Translations under genes and position numbers: made by a program
DNA from: an uncultured Chlamydiae bacterium
GTDB lineage: Bacteria; Chlamydiota; Chlamydiia; Chlamydiales; Rhabdochlamydiaceae
Direction of reading: 5' to 3'
Length of the DNA stretch: 64,000 nucleotides
Assembly: GCA_945952445.1 (NCBI GenBank)
Contig: CAMFIG010000003.1
Span: 4,158 to 68,157, forward strand
Notes under the pieces: model-generated
Seen by the model: only the letters and a program-made list of their open reading frames with translations
Told to the model about the DNA's origin: nothing
Database searches by the model: none
Shown here: in pieces, positions 36,653 to 45,543 of the stretch
Numbering within the stretch: the stretch's first letter is position 1
Layout: each line of letters begins with the position of its first letter

Positions 36653-38109
36653 ACACTATAGGAGCCGGCAGTGACGTTCCCGCCGCTTCCTGTCCAGTTG
36701 GTATGGAAGAACTGCCCTCTTGGCTTGTCTGTTCTTTCGTAGGTGTGGGCTCCAAAAAAGTCGCGCAGCGCTTGTAATAAGTTAGCGGGAAGCTTTTCCG
36801 AACGATATCCATCAAAGAAGGCAAGTGCTGTGCTAAAGCAAGGCACTGGGATCCCTGCTTGCACCGAGAGCGCGACCACTCTTCTCCATCCAGATTCTGC
36901 CTTGGCAATTTCCCCTTGGAAAAACGGATTCAAAAGCAAACTGGGCAACTGAGGATCCTGTACAAACGCCTTTTTGATGTCGTTTAAAAAGCGGCTGCGG
37001 ATGATGCACCCTGCTCTCCAAATAAGAGCAATGGATCCATAGTCGAGATGCCAATGGAACTCCTGGGCGGCTGCTTTCATCAGCATAAACCCTTGCGCGT
37101 AGCTGATAATTTTGGAGGCATAAAGAGCCTGCATTACATCTTCAATGAGCTGTTTTTTATCTCCGGAAAAGGCAAAGACAGGCTTTTTATAAAGGCGTGA
37201 TGCCGCTGTTCTCTCTTCTTTTAAAGAAGAAAGACAGCGTGCGAAGACCGCCTCTCCAATCAAAGTGACCGGGAGGCCAAGTTCAAGTGCGCTGATCCCC
37301 GTCCACTTTCCCGTACCTTTTTGTCCTGCCACATCCAAAATATGATCGACAAGACAAGACCCATCTGTATCTTTATGTGCTAGTACATGGCCTGTGATTT
37401 CGATTAAATAGCTGCTCAGCACGCCTTGATTCCAATGAGTAAAAATCTCTTGAAGCTCCTGCGGTGTCAATCCAAGATAGTCGCGCAAGATCTGATACGC
37501 CTCGCAGATCAGCTGCATGTCGCCGTATTCGATCCCGTTGTGAACCATTTTCACATAATGTCCAGCGCCTCCTTCTCCGATCCATTCACAGCATGGAAGC
37601 TTATCTTCGGCAGCTTTGGCAGAAATCGACTGAAAGATCTCCTTCACATGAGGCCAAGCATCCGGATTGCCTCCTGGCATGATCGAGGGACCATGGCGCG
37701 CACCTTCTTCTCCTCCGGAAATCCCACTACCGACAAAAAGGACTCCCTTCTCTTTGAGCTTGGCATCTCGTCTTTCACTGTCTACATAGTGGCTGTTGCC
37801 CCCATCGATGACAATATCTCCTTTTTCTAAAAAAGGGAGGCATTCTTCGATGAGTTCATCGACAGCTTTCCCCGCTTTGACCATCATCATGACCTTGCGA
37901 GGGCGTTTCAAAATAGAAAAAAATTCTTTTAAACTGTGCGATCCCAGGACCGAAGTCCCCTTTGCTGTTCCTTGTAAAAAGTCATCTACTTTACTTGTCG
38001 TTCGGTTGAAGACAGCAACCGTATAGCCATGATCATTCATATTCAATACCAGATTCTGTCCCATGACAGCCAAACCGATCAGGCCTATATCTGCTTGTTG
38101 TTGCGCCAT
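36649..38109 (-). CDS. gnd: 6-phosphogluconate dehydrogenase, decarboxylating
   Basis: 486 aa with IGLIGLAVMGQNLVLNM (NADP binding) and the conserved Gnd core GGNSHY, HNGIEYGDMQLI. Confidence 0.97.
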   Translation of the reverse strand: MAQQQADIGLIGLAVMGQNLVLNMNDHGYTVAVFNRTTSKVDDFLQGTAKGTSVLGSHSLKEFFSILKRPRKVMMMVKAGKAVDELIEECLPFLEKGDIVIDGGNSHYVDSERRDAKLKEKGVLFVGSGISGGEEGARHGPSIMPGGNPDAWPHVKEIFQSISAKAAEDKLPCCEWIGEGGAGHYVKMVHNGIEYGDMQLICEAYQILRDYLGLTPQELQEIFTHWNQGVLSSYLIEITGHVLAHKDTDGSCLVDHILDVAGQKGTGKWTGISALELGLPVTLIGEAVFARCLSSLKEERTAASRLYKKPVFAFSGDKKQLIEDVMQALYASKIISYAQGFMLMKAAAQEFHWHLDYGSIALIWRAGCIIRSRFLNDIKKAFVQDPQLPSLLLNPFFQGEIAKAESGWRRVVALSVQAGIPVPCFSTALAFFDGYRSEKLPANLLQALRDFFGAHTYERTDKPRGQFFHTNWTGSGGNVTAGSYSV

Positions 38110-38184
38110 TTTTCTTTCTCCCTCTTAAAATATAAATTTCCTTGAGCCAAACCAATGTCTATTTTACAATGGCTGTCCCTATGA

Positions 38185-38258
38185 GTCCTCGTAGCTCAGG
38201 TGGATAGAGCGGTTGCCTCCTAAGCAACAGGCCGCGCGTTCAACTCGCGCCGAGGACG
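38185..38258 (+). tRNA. tRNA-Arg (anticodon CCT)
   Basis: A 74-nt cloverleaf folded by hand. Acceptor GTCCTCG/CGAGGAC, D-stem GCTC/GAGC, anticodon stem GTTGC/GCAAC with loop CTCCTAA, T-stem GCGCG/CGCGC with loop TTCAACT, discriminator G. CCA is not encoded. Confidence 0.9.
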
Positions 38259-38264
38259 ATTTTT

Positions 38265-38951
38265 TCAAGACTTTAGATATTTATCTACCCCTTGAGCAAT
38301 TCCCTTGGCGATATTCTCAAGATAGGAACGCTTTTTAAGGGAACTCCATTCGTCATAGTTTGTCATAAACCCTCCTTCTACGAGGATCGCGGGCATCTCT
38401 GTTTCTCGGATCACATGAAAATTCCCCATCTTAACCCCTCTGGATACCGCATCAGTTTGATCGAGAACAAAATGCAAGACATAACCGGCTAGCTTTCGGG
38501 AAGATCGGGTCCTTTCCGGATCGCTGCTATTGTAATAATAGATCTCTACCCCTTGGGCTTCCGTATTTTTCGAAGCGTTATAGTGAACACTGACAAACAG
38601 CACACTCTTTGTTTTATTGGCAATTGAGACTCTTTTTGGAAGCGAGACATACGTGTCCTTTCCCCTTGTCAAAATCACCCGATACCCCAATTCTTCAAGA
38701 TATTTTTTCGTGTACAATACTGTCGCAAGAGTGATTTTTTTTTCTTGCACCCAGCGCACTTTCGCTCCCTCATCACTCCCTCCATGCCCTGCATCCAACA
38801 CGATGAGGGGCCCTTTAGGTTTAGCATAGCAACGTTTGCTTTCCGCTTTCATTGCAAGCGCTTTTGGGGTCGAAGAATGGGCGAGCAGCCATGAACTAGA
38901 ACTGATGAAAAGCAACAGAAATAAAGAGAAAAGTTTTTTACACGCCATCAT
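38265..38951 (-). CDS. amiA: N-acetylmuramoyl-L-alanine amidase (Amidase_3)
   Basis: 228 aa with an N-terminal signal peptide (LFSLFLLLFISSSSWLLAHS), plus VLDAGHGGSDEGA and FVSVHYNA motifs. Confidence 0.9.
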   Translation of the reverse strand: MMACKKLFSLFLLLFISSSSWLLAHSSTPKALAMKAESKRCYAKPKGPLIVLDAGHGGSDEGAKVRWVQEKKITLATVLYTKKYLEELGYRVILTRGKDTYVSLPKRVSIANKTKSVLFVSVHYNASKNTEAQGVEIYYYNSSDPERTRSSRKLAGYVLHFVLDQTDAVSRGVKMGNFHVIRETEMPAILVEGGFMTNYDEWSSLKKRSYLENIAKGIAQGVDKYLKS

Positions 38952-38968
38952 GAGACTTTATCATGTAG

Positions 38969-40441
38969 TCAGCCTAATGATTGACAATACTCTTTTGCCA
39001 CGATTCTGTCATCAAAATGGATAGCATGGCGAGAAAAAACCTGCGTCGTCTCGTGGCCTTTGCCAGCAATCAACAGAACGTCATCTTCCTTTAAAAGACC
39101 AATAGCCTGTTCGATGGCTTGCCTTCGGTCTATTTGCACATCAGCCGCTGAAGCATCATGAAAACCCGAGAGGATCTCTCGGATAATCTCTTGAGGGTCT
39201 TCTCCACGGGGATTATCTGAAGTGACGATAACCCGATCTGCCAGCGCTTCTACGATACGGCCCATCTTTGGTCGTTTCAGTTTATCTCGATTGCCCCCAC
39301 ACCCAAAAACACATACGATCTTTCCCTTTGCTACTTCGCGCAGTGTTTCAAGCACATTTTTAAGAGCATCTTCTGTATGCGCATAATCGACAAAGATATT
39401 TTTCTCTTTTTGGTTCGGCACTCTCTCCAAACGTCCCGGCACAGGACGACAGCTTTGCAAAATCTCAGCAACCTTATGTAAATCACATCCTAAAGCTATG
39501 CCTAAAGAAAACACAGCAAGAGTATTGTATACATTAAACTTTCCTATCAAAGAGGAGGTAAAGGAAACCTGTTTTCCTTGGTAATGCACTTGGTATTTTG
39601 CCCCCGCAGAGCTCAAGGACAGATTGTCTGCCCATACATCCGATTGCTTAGAAAGTCCATACGTCAGAATAGGAACCTTACATTCTCTGATCATCGATGC
39701 AGACCATGGACTATCTCCATTGACAATCGCCCGTTTTGGATAGGGTTTTTCGCTTTCTAAAGAAAGGCTCGAAAAAAGGCGAGCTTTTGCTTCAGCATAC
39801 TGCTCCATGGTGATATGATAATCCAGATGATCTTGTGTCAGATTCGTAAAGATTGCATAGTCGAAATCAATCCCCCCCACTCTTCCCTGGCATAGAGCAT
39901 GCGAGGAAACTTCCATAACAACTCCCTTGCAGCCAACCGACACCATTTCGTGGAACAATTTGTGGTTTGTGAGTACATCGGGTGTTGTCTGCGCCGCCGG
40001 AAATACGTTATTCCCGACGATCCATTCTATAGTCCCGATCAACCCGCAGGGTTTGTCTATGCGGTCAAAAAGATGTTTAACGAGGTAAGAAATTGTCGTC
40101 TTGCCATTCGTTCCTGTCACTCCTACTGTCACAAGCTTTTGGGAAGGATCTTGGTAAAAACGACCCGCTAAGATCGCTTCTAACAAAGCAACATCGGGAT
40201 AGATCACCTGAACTACATCGGACAAAAATGGATCGTATAAGTCAGTAACAATAGCAACAGCTCCACTCGAAATCGCCTCGCCGATAAAGGCATTGCCATG
40301 GGTAGTAAGGCCTTTTTTTGCAAAAAAAAGAGCCCCCGGGGCCGCTAGCTTCGAGTTGTTGCAAAGACTTGCTACTTCGACTTCTTTAGAGCCTTTGACT
40401 TCGATGCCTGGGATCTCTTTGATTAGCTTTTTGAGCTTCAT
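38969..40441 (-). CDS. murE: UDP-N-acetylmuramoyl-L-alanyl-D-glutamate--2,6-diaminopimelate ligase
   Basis: 490 aa with VGVTGTNGKTT (P-loop) and TSDNPRGEDP (the DNPR motif of meso-DAP-adding MurE). Confidence 0.95.
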   Translation of the reverse strand: MKLKKLIKEIPGIEVKGSKEVEVASLCNNSKLAAPGALFFAKKGLTTHGNAFIGEAISSGAVAIVTDLYDPFLSDVVQVIYPDVALLEAILAGRFYQDPSQKLVTVGVTGTNGKTTISYLVKHLFDRIDKPCGLIGTIEWIVGNNVFPAAQTTPDVLTNHKLFHEMVSVGCKGVVMEVSSHALCQGRVGGIDFDYAIFTNLTQDHLDYHITMEQYAEAKARLFSSLSLESEKPYPKRAIVNGDSPWSASMIRECKVPILTYGLSKQSDVWADNLSLSSAGAKYQVHYQGKQVSFTSSLIGKFNVYNTLAVFSLGIALGCDLHKVAEILQSCRPVPGRLERVPNQKEKNIFVDYAHTEDALKNVLETLREVAKGKIVCVFGCGGNRDKLKRPKMGRIVEALADRVIVTSDNPRGEDPQEIIREILSGFHDASAADVQIDRRQAIEQAIGLLKEDDVLLIAGKGHETTQVFSRHAIHFDDRIVAKEYCQSLG

Positions 40442-40442
40442 G

Positions 40443-42470
40443 TTAGTGGTTCCATTGTTGATAGAGTTCTTTTAGCACTTCCACTTCTTGCAATGCATCT
40501 GCTTTTTTAGAGTCTCTGCGGGGATCACCTACAGGATATCCAAAAGGATCATCGGGCTCCACCCCTAAATACTGCAAGGCTTTTGTTCCAATTTCACGAA
40601 ATGCTGGCGCTGCGCAGTTACCTCCATACTGATTCTTGCCGACTCCTGGGATATATTTGCTTTCTGGCTCATCGATTACAACCATCAAAACAAAGCGAGG
40701 GTCTTTGACAGGGGCAAATCCGATGAATGTCGAGATATGGTCTTTTTTAGAATAGGTGCCCCCTACGATTTTTTCAGAAGTCGCGGTCTTTCCAGCTTCT
40801 GTATACCCATAAATATCTCCTTTCGGCGCACTCCCTCCAGGTTTGGTAACATAACGCATTGCTTTCACTACTTCTTGGATTACCTGCGGCTCTAACACCC
40901 TTAAAGGAGGCTTTTCTTCTCTTTCCGCTTCTCGGTCGACTAGGATCTCTTTGGAGCCGTCTGGCTTTGTTTTTACAATCTTGCGAATCAGCGTCGGCCG
41001 CACATCAAACCCGCCATTGGCTAAAATAGCATAAGCTTTTAACATTTGCAGGCTGCTTGCCAGGACATTATGACCAAAAGCAAGAGAATATGGAGTTGGC
41101 TTAGACCACTCCAAAGCACCACTGGGGTGTTTTTTCCCAGGCTTAGGTAAAAGCCCTGGACTTTCCGATGTAAGCTCTACGCTTGTTTTAAGTCCGAATC
41201 CAAAAACTTCCTGCAGCGCATTGCGATACCATTCATCGCCCAGCTGCTCGATAACCCTCTGGACAATGCGCGCCATGTATATGTTGGCCGATTTTTGTAT
41301 TGCCATATACATATTTAAATATTGATGCCTCTTCGTATCTCGGATCGGTGTCGATCTGCCAGGGAAATATCCATTCGAAGCAGCGACCTTTTCGTGTGGA
41401 GAGAACAAAGGAGGCTTCCCTCTTTTTTTGAGCTCCTCATTCGCCTTGAGACAAATAGCCATTGTGATGGGCTTCATAGTCGATCCCGGCTCGAAAGGAT
41501 CTGTAATACCCTTCACTTTCGTATGCTCTCTTAACTTTGGATCGTTGAAATACTCCCGGCATCGGCTTGGATCAAACCAGGGATACTGCGCCCAAGCGAG
41601 AATCTCTCCGGAATGGGGATCCATCATAATAGCCCATCCGCTCTTAGCATTTGCCTTCTGCACAGCCTTTGCCACCTCCTCTTCTGCAACAGCCTGAAGA
41701 TAGTCATTGACAGTCAAAAATACATCAGCCCCATTTTCGGGCTCTGCAATCACACTGCCTAAGTCTAGAGGATTTCTTGGGGAGCGGAGCAATACCCTTT
41801 TTCCCTCTTTTCCTTGTAAGTATCTATCCATTACAAGCTCTAACCCCCCCGTCGGAATGAGCTGGCGTGTGTTGGGGTCTTTTTCTTCACGCACAGTATG
41901 AATCACCTGACCGAGTAGCTTGCCATACGGATAAGATCTCTTATAATCCTGGATAAAAAAGAGCGCATTGCGAGCAATCTTATGGCGTCTTGCAAAACCG
42001 GACCACCATTGTTCTACTGCCACTTTCCTTTCAGGATTCATCCAGAGCACAAGCTTGCGGCTGCGGGATTTTTTGTATAGCTGTACTTTCAGAAGATCTC
42101 GATCTTTGGGACCAAACGAGAAGATCGCAGACAGAGCCTCCCATACTTCCTGTTTATGCTCTTCAGGAATAGCGACAGGATCTGCATAGAGATGAAATTT
42201 GGGAACGTCTGTCACAATAGGTCGGAGCGCATCGGGATGACCTGGTTTAATCCGATGATTTGCATAGAAAGTCCCTCTTTTGCAAGGTTCCACCACAAAG
42301 AGTTGGTGTTGGGCCAAAGCCTTTTTCTTCCATTTTTCCCCTTCTATGATCTGAATCCGATAGAACTGGGCTAAAATGATGCAAAAAAGAAAGACAATAA
42401 ATAAAATAAGATAAGTCAGACGCTTGCGGCTTTCTATCGCAAGAAAACCGCCGCTTCGTCTTGCGGACAT
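40443..42470 (-). CDS. ftsI: Class B penicillin-binding protein (PBP3/FtsI-like transpeptidase)
   Basis: 675 aa with an N-terminal TM anchor, SxxK (GSTMKP) and SxN (KSANIY). The third box reads GKTATS, which is K-T-A where KTG is expected. Located between ftsL-like and murE. Confidence 0.9.
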   Translation of the reverse strand: MSARRSGGFLAIESRKRLTYLILFIVFLFCIILAQFYRIQIIEGEKWKKKALAQHQLFVVEPCKRGTFYANHRIKPGHPDALRPIVTDVPKFHLYADPVAIPEEHKQEVWEALSAIFSFGPKDRDLLKVQLYKKSRSRKLVLWMNPERKVAVEQWWSGFARRHKIARNALFFIQDYKRSYPYGKLLGQVIHTVREEKDPNTRQLIPTGGLELVMDRYLQGKEGKRVLLRSPRNPLDLGSVIAEPENGADVFLTVNDYLQAVAEEEVAKAVQKANAKSGWAIMMDPHSGEILAWAQYPWFDPSRCREYFNDPKLREHTKVKGITDPFEPGSTMKPITMAICLKANEELKKRGKPPLFSPHEKVAASNGYFPGRSTPIRDTKRHQYLNMYMAIQKSANIYMARIVQRVIEQLGDEWYRNALQEVFGFGLKTSVELTSESPGLLPKPGKKHPSGALEWSKPTPYSLAFGHNVLASSLQMLKAYAILANGGFDVRPTLIRKIVKTKPDGSKEILVDREAEREEKPPLRVLEPQVIQEVVKAMRYVTKPGGSAPKGDIYGYTEAGKTATSEKIVGGTYSKKDHISTFIGFAPVKDPRFVLMVVIDEPESKYIPGVGKNQYGGNCAAPAFREIGTKALQYLGVEPDDPFGYPVGDPRRDSKKADALQEVEVLKELYQQWNH

Positions 42471-42472
42471 GA

Positions 42473-42841
42473 TTATTTCGCTCCGACTGCCAGTGTAAGT
42501 TTAGGTTGCGCAGAAACAGGTTCCTTTTCTGCAAGCACAGGCAATTGTAGCGCGATGGCATCTTGCAAGACAAGGATTTCTTTATGCAAAGGGTGTTTTA
42601 GATGGCTAAATCGAGGCTCTGCAGCAAGGCGCATTAAATGATCTGGATTTTCGAATTGATCAATTTGGTAACTTAAGCGCGTATTTTCTTGTTCGATTTC
42701 CTTGATTTCTTTTACAAGCTTAGGGACATAGATGCGCAGTTCCGTAAGAGCATTTTGTTTTTCCAAATATGAAAACCAACACGCACCAGAAAGAGCAAGA
42801 CAAAAAAACACCTGCCATATAAGTCCTTTCGTCTGCTTCAT
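42473..42841 (-). CDS. FtsL-like small bitopic coiled-coil protein
   Basis: 122 aa from MKQTKG (ATG at 42841). It has one TM helix (IWQVFFCLALSGACWF) followed by a coiled coil (KEIKEIEQENTRLSYQIDQ). Its position between rsmH and ftsI is typical of ftsL. Confidence 0.6.
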   Translation of the reverse strand: MKQTKGLIWQVFFCLALSGACWFSYLEKQNALTELRIYVPKLVKEIKEIEQENTRLSYQIDQFENPDHLMRLAAEPRFSHLKHPLHKEILVLQDAIALQLPVLAEKEPVSAQPKLTLAVGAK

Positions 42842-42848
42842 ATCTCCC

Positions 42849-43771
42849 TCAAATTTTTTGTGCAAATCGCAATTTAGCGCTGCGAGCTCTAGGATTTAAA
42901 CGGATCTCTGCCCAAGAAGGAACGAGCGGTTTCTTTGTGAGCAACTGAAGGATTGGTGCCCATCTTTCTTTTCCTTCCTTGCGAGGCGTTGCAGCCATTC
43001 GGAACACATTCTTTACGATCCGATCTTCTAAGCTATGGAAACTCATAACGCCGATCTTCCCTTCAGAGCTCAGTAAAGATATTGCCTTGGAAAGACCTTT
43101 TTTTATGGCTTCCAGCTCCTGATTTACGCAAATTCTCAGAGCCTGAAATACGAGCGTCGCCGGATGAAGTCTACCTCTTGTTTTTGTCTTCAGCGCAGAA
43201 GATAAGATGTCAGCTAATTGTTTTGTCGTCTCAATAGAGCTTTTTCTTCTTGCTTCTACGACAGCTTTTGCCGCTTTTTCCGCTCTAGGATCTTCTCCAT
43301 ATTCTTGAAAAATCTCTTTCAAATCTTTTTCAGACCAATGGTTGACAATCTCTTTGGCTGTCAGTGGCTGGGTAGGATCCATCCGCATATCCAAGGGCCC
43401 TTCTTTAGAAAAACTAAAACCTTTGTCTTCTTGATCGAGTTGCATAGATGACACTCCTAGGTCAAAAAAAAACCGTCTACCGCGGTGATTTTTCTCTGTT
43501 TTATATATGTATCCAGCTCTGCAAAACTGCCGTGGATAAGTTCTACTTTTTCTTTCCAAGGAGCCAATGTTTCCCTGGCGATAGCAAGAGCTTGAGGATC
43601 TTTGTCACATCCAATAAAAAGCTCAATTTCTGGATGTTCTTCTAAAATTCTCTTCGCATGCCCTCCGGCGCCGATAGTACCATCAAAGTACACCTTCAAA
43701 TGGCTGCCTGCAAAAAACCGAGCCATTTCTTCTTCCATGATGGAAATATGAGGTCTTTTATCCATTGTCAT
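42849..43771 (-). pseudogene. rsmH: 16S rRNA m4C1402 methyltransferase RsmH (MraW), interrupted by a frameshift in a T9 run
   Basis: The N-terminal part (DGTIGAGGHAKRIL ... ITAVDGFFLT*) and C-terminal part (FFFDLGVSSMQLD ... SFHSLEDRIVK) are in different frames. They overlap at the A9/T9 homopolymer 43464-43472. One extra T restores ...VDGFFFDLGVSSMQLD. Confidence 0.85.
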
Positions 43772-44258
43772 CCTCTCCACAATTTTCCTCTTCCAGAAGA
43801 GCAAACGCCTCTTCGCACATCTTAGCCAAATTCATCTCCGGATCCTGGCCACTTAACATATCCTGAAGCTGGGCATCGTATTTTTCTTTAGGCCAGATCT
43901 CTATTTTGTTCAGAACCCCTGCGATCACGATCTCTTGACGGATCTGAACAGCATTTTTCAGCGTTGGGGGGATGATCACCCTTCCCACCTTGTCGCACGT
44001 TGTCTGGTGCAATGTAGAAAAAAACAGGGTGAAGAATTTTTGGAACTTACCTACATGCTGCTTTGCTTGGAACTTTTCTACAATCTTCTGAATATCGCTT
44101 TGCCGGTAAATGGCAAGACAACCTCCAAGACCAAGCGCAATACTAAATTCGAGCTCTCCATTCTCTACAAGTCCAAATCGCATGGATTGGGGCAGCACAA
44201 ATCGATTCTTCTCATCGAGTTTAGCTGTCGAGGATCCACTAAAAAAGAACTTGCTCAT
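43758..44258 (-). CDS. mraZ: Transcriptional regulator MraZ
   Basis: Starts at MSKFFFSGSSTAKLDEKNRFVLP. There are two SpoVT/AbrB-like halves (DEKNRFVLP and DKVGRVIIP). It is the first gene of the mraZ-rsmH-ftsL-ftsI block. Confidence 0.85.
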   Translation of the reverse strand: MSKFFFSGSSTAKLDEKNRFVLPQSMRFGLVENGELEFSIALGLGGCLAIYRQSDIQKIVEKFQAKQHVGKFQKFFTLFFSTLHQTTCDKVGRVIIPPTLKNAVQIRQEIVIAGVLNKIEIWPKEKYDAQLQDMLSGQDPEMNLAKMCEEAFALLEEENCGEDDNG

Positions 44259-44396
44259 GTTTTTCCCACGCTTTCCCACAATTTAACACCAAGCTCGTAT
44301 GTTCGCAACATTTTTACATTATAAACCCCAGAATACCAATATATTTTTTAACGCAAAACACTGAAAATCATCATCTTAAAAAAAATAACAAGCAAA

Positions 44397-44411
44397 GTGG
44401 GAATTGGTGGG
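44397..44411 (+). promoter_or_regulatory. Two GTGGG direct repeats at 10-bp phasing (candidate MraZ operator)
   Basis: GTGGGAATTGGTGGG lies in the divergent intergenic region about 140 bp upstream of the mraZ start. E. coli MraZ binds phased TGGGN direct repeats. Only two repeats are seen, and they lie on the strand opposite to mraZ. Confidence 0.25.
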
Positions 44412-44522
44412 AGTTTTAACCAAAAAAAACCCAATAACCACTTCTTTTCTGTAAAATCATTGATTTAATCCTAGATCCGTGGCATGGAAATTTTTGAATA
44501 TACATTTTAAGGAGAACCCATT

Positions 44523-45026
44523 ATGCCTCCACGCACGATCGACAACTTGGGAGTCGATGTTTCTACTCGGTATGCGCAAGACCAGCAATTGTTAGATGAA
44601 AAGATCTTACAAGAAGCCAAAAAGATCCCCGTACAAACGGAAATCGACGTGACCATCCCCTCTTTCTCTTCCGCATTCGATCAGCTTTTCGAGACAAGCA
44701 AAAGAAATCTTCCTTGGGCTGACTTTTTTCCTCCTGAAGGATATAATGAGCAGAAAAAGAGGCTTTTTACCTTCCAACTCATCCCTTCTTTAGGATCTCA
44801 GGATAAAAGGGAAGAGCAGGCTCGCAGGATCTTAGCTAAAATTGAAGAGACCTCGCTCCAAAGAGAAAAAAGCCCAGACAGCAAAGCAAACTGGAGAGCT
44901 TCTAAGGAAGCTACAGAACAAAAGCGAGAAGAGAAAACCCTCTCTTCATTATTGCATTCAATCCTTGGATTAGATAAGGATATGGCTGATGTTCTTTCCA
45001 AACGCTCCCAATACCAAAAAGGATGA
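44523..45026 (+). CDS. Hypothetical protein (167 aa)
   Basis: ORF with an AAGGAG SD. Its stop lies 3 nt before the start of the downstream TPR gene. Charged and helical, with no family recognised. Confidence 0.7.
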   Translation: MPPRTIDNLGVDVSTRYAQDQQLLDEKILQEAKKIPVQTEIDVTIPSFSSAFDQLFETSKRNLPWADFFPPEGYNEQKKRLFTFQLIPSLGSQDKREEQARRILAKIEETSLQREKSPDSKANWRASKEATEQKREEKTLSSLLHSILGLDKDMADVLSKRSQYQKG

Positions 45027-45029
45027 CGC

Positions 45030-45425
45030 ATGAGCCAAATTCAATGGATGGAAATTTTAGGATGGAAACAAGATGAACTCCAAGACCTTCGATTTGTAGG
45101 ATACTCCTACATCAAACAAGGCCATTACGATTTGGCTCTCACTTTTTTCGAAGCCCTCGTCGTCCTCTCTTCTTCTGAAGTCTATGATTTGCAAACCTTG
45201 GGAGCTCTTTATTTACAAAAAGGAAATAACCTGATGGCTTTGAACTATCTTGAAAAAGCTCTCAAGATGGATCCAAATCACCTGCCGACGCTGCTCAACC
45301 GCACAAAAGCACTTCTTGCCTTAGGCTACAAAAAACAGGGACTTTCCCAAGCAAAAGCATTAGAGAAAAGCGAAGACCCCTCCATAGCAAGCCAAGCAGA
45401 AGCTTTAGTCATTGCTTACAGCTAA
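45030..45425 (+). CDS. Small TPR-repeat protein (class II T3S-chaperone-like size and architecture; tentative)
   Basis: 131 aa with about 3 TPR units (YSYIKQGHYDLALTFFEAL, LGALYLQKGNNLMALNYLEKALKMDPN, LLNRTKALLALGYKKQG). Confidence 0.7.
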   Translation: MSQIQWMEILGWKQDELQDLRFVGYSYIKQGHYDLALTFFEALVVLSSSEVYDLQTLGALYLQKGNNLMALNYLEKALKMDPNHLPTLLNRTKALLALGYKKQGLSQAKALEKSEDPSIASQAEALVIAYS

Positions 45426-45511
45426 TACCATCTCTTACAAAAGTTTTTTTCCTTGCGCGGTTTGCGTGTGAATGATAACGTGGCGCCATAAAAGCATGAG
45501 ACCATCTCTCA

Positions 45512-45520
45512 TGTGGAAAA
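45512..45520 (-). promoter_or_regulatory. DnaA-box-like 9-mer upstream of dnaA
   Basis: The reverse complement TTTTCCACA fits TTWTNCACA and lies 24 bp upstream of the dnaA ATG. A single site, with a further 1-mismatch site nearby. Confidence 0.3.
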
Positions 45521-45543
45521 CCTGTTTATAACTGGGAAAATTC

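Noticed and set aside
38185-38258. tRNA-Arg as an integration site for a genomic island.
   Set aside because: The neighbours are core genes (gnd, amiA). There is no integrase, no direct repeat of the tRNA 3' end and no compositional break visible.
42849-43804. Track ORFs 42849-43559 and 43457-43804 as two separate genes.
   Set aside because: Together they encode the N- and C-terminal halves of one RsmH, joined at a T9 homopolymer. They are treated as one frameshifted gene.
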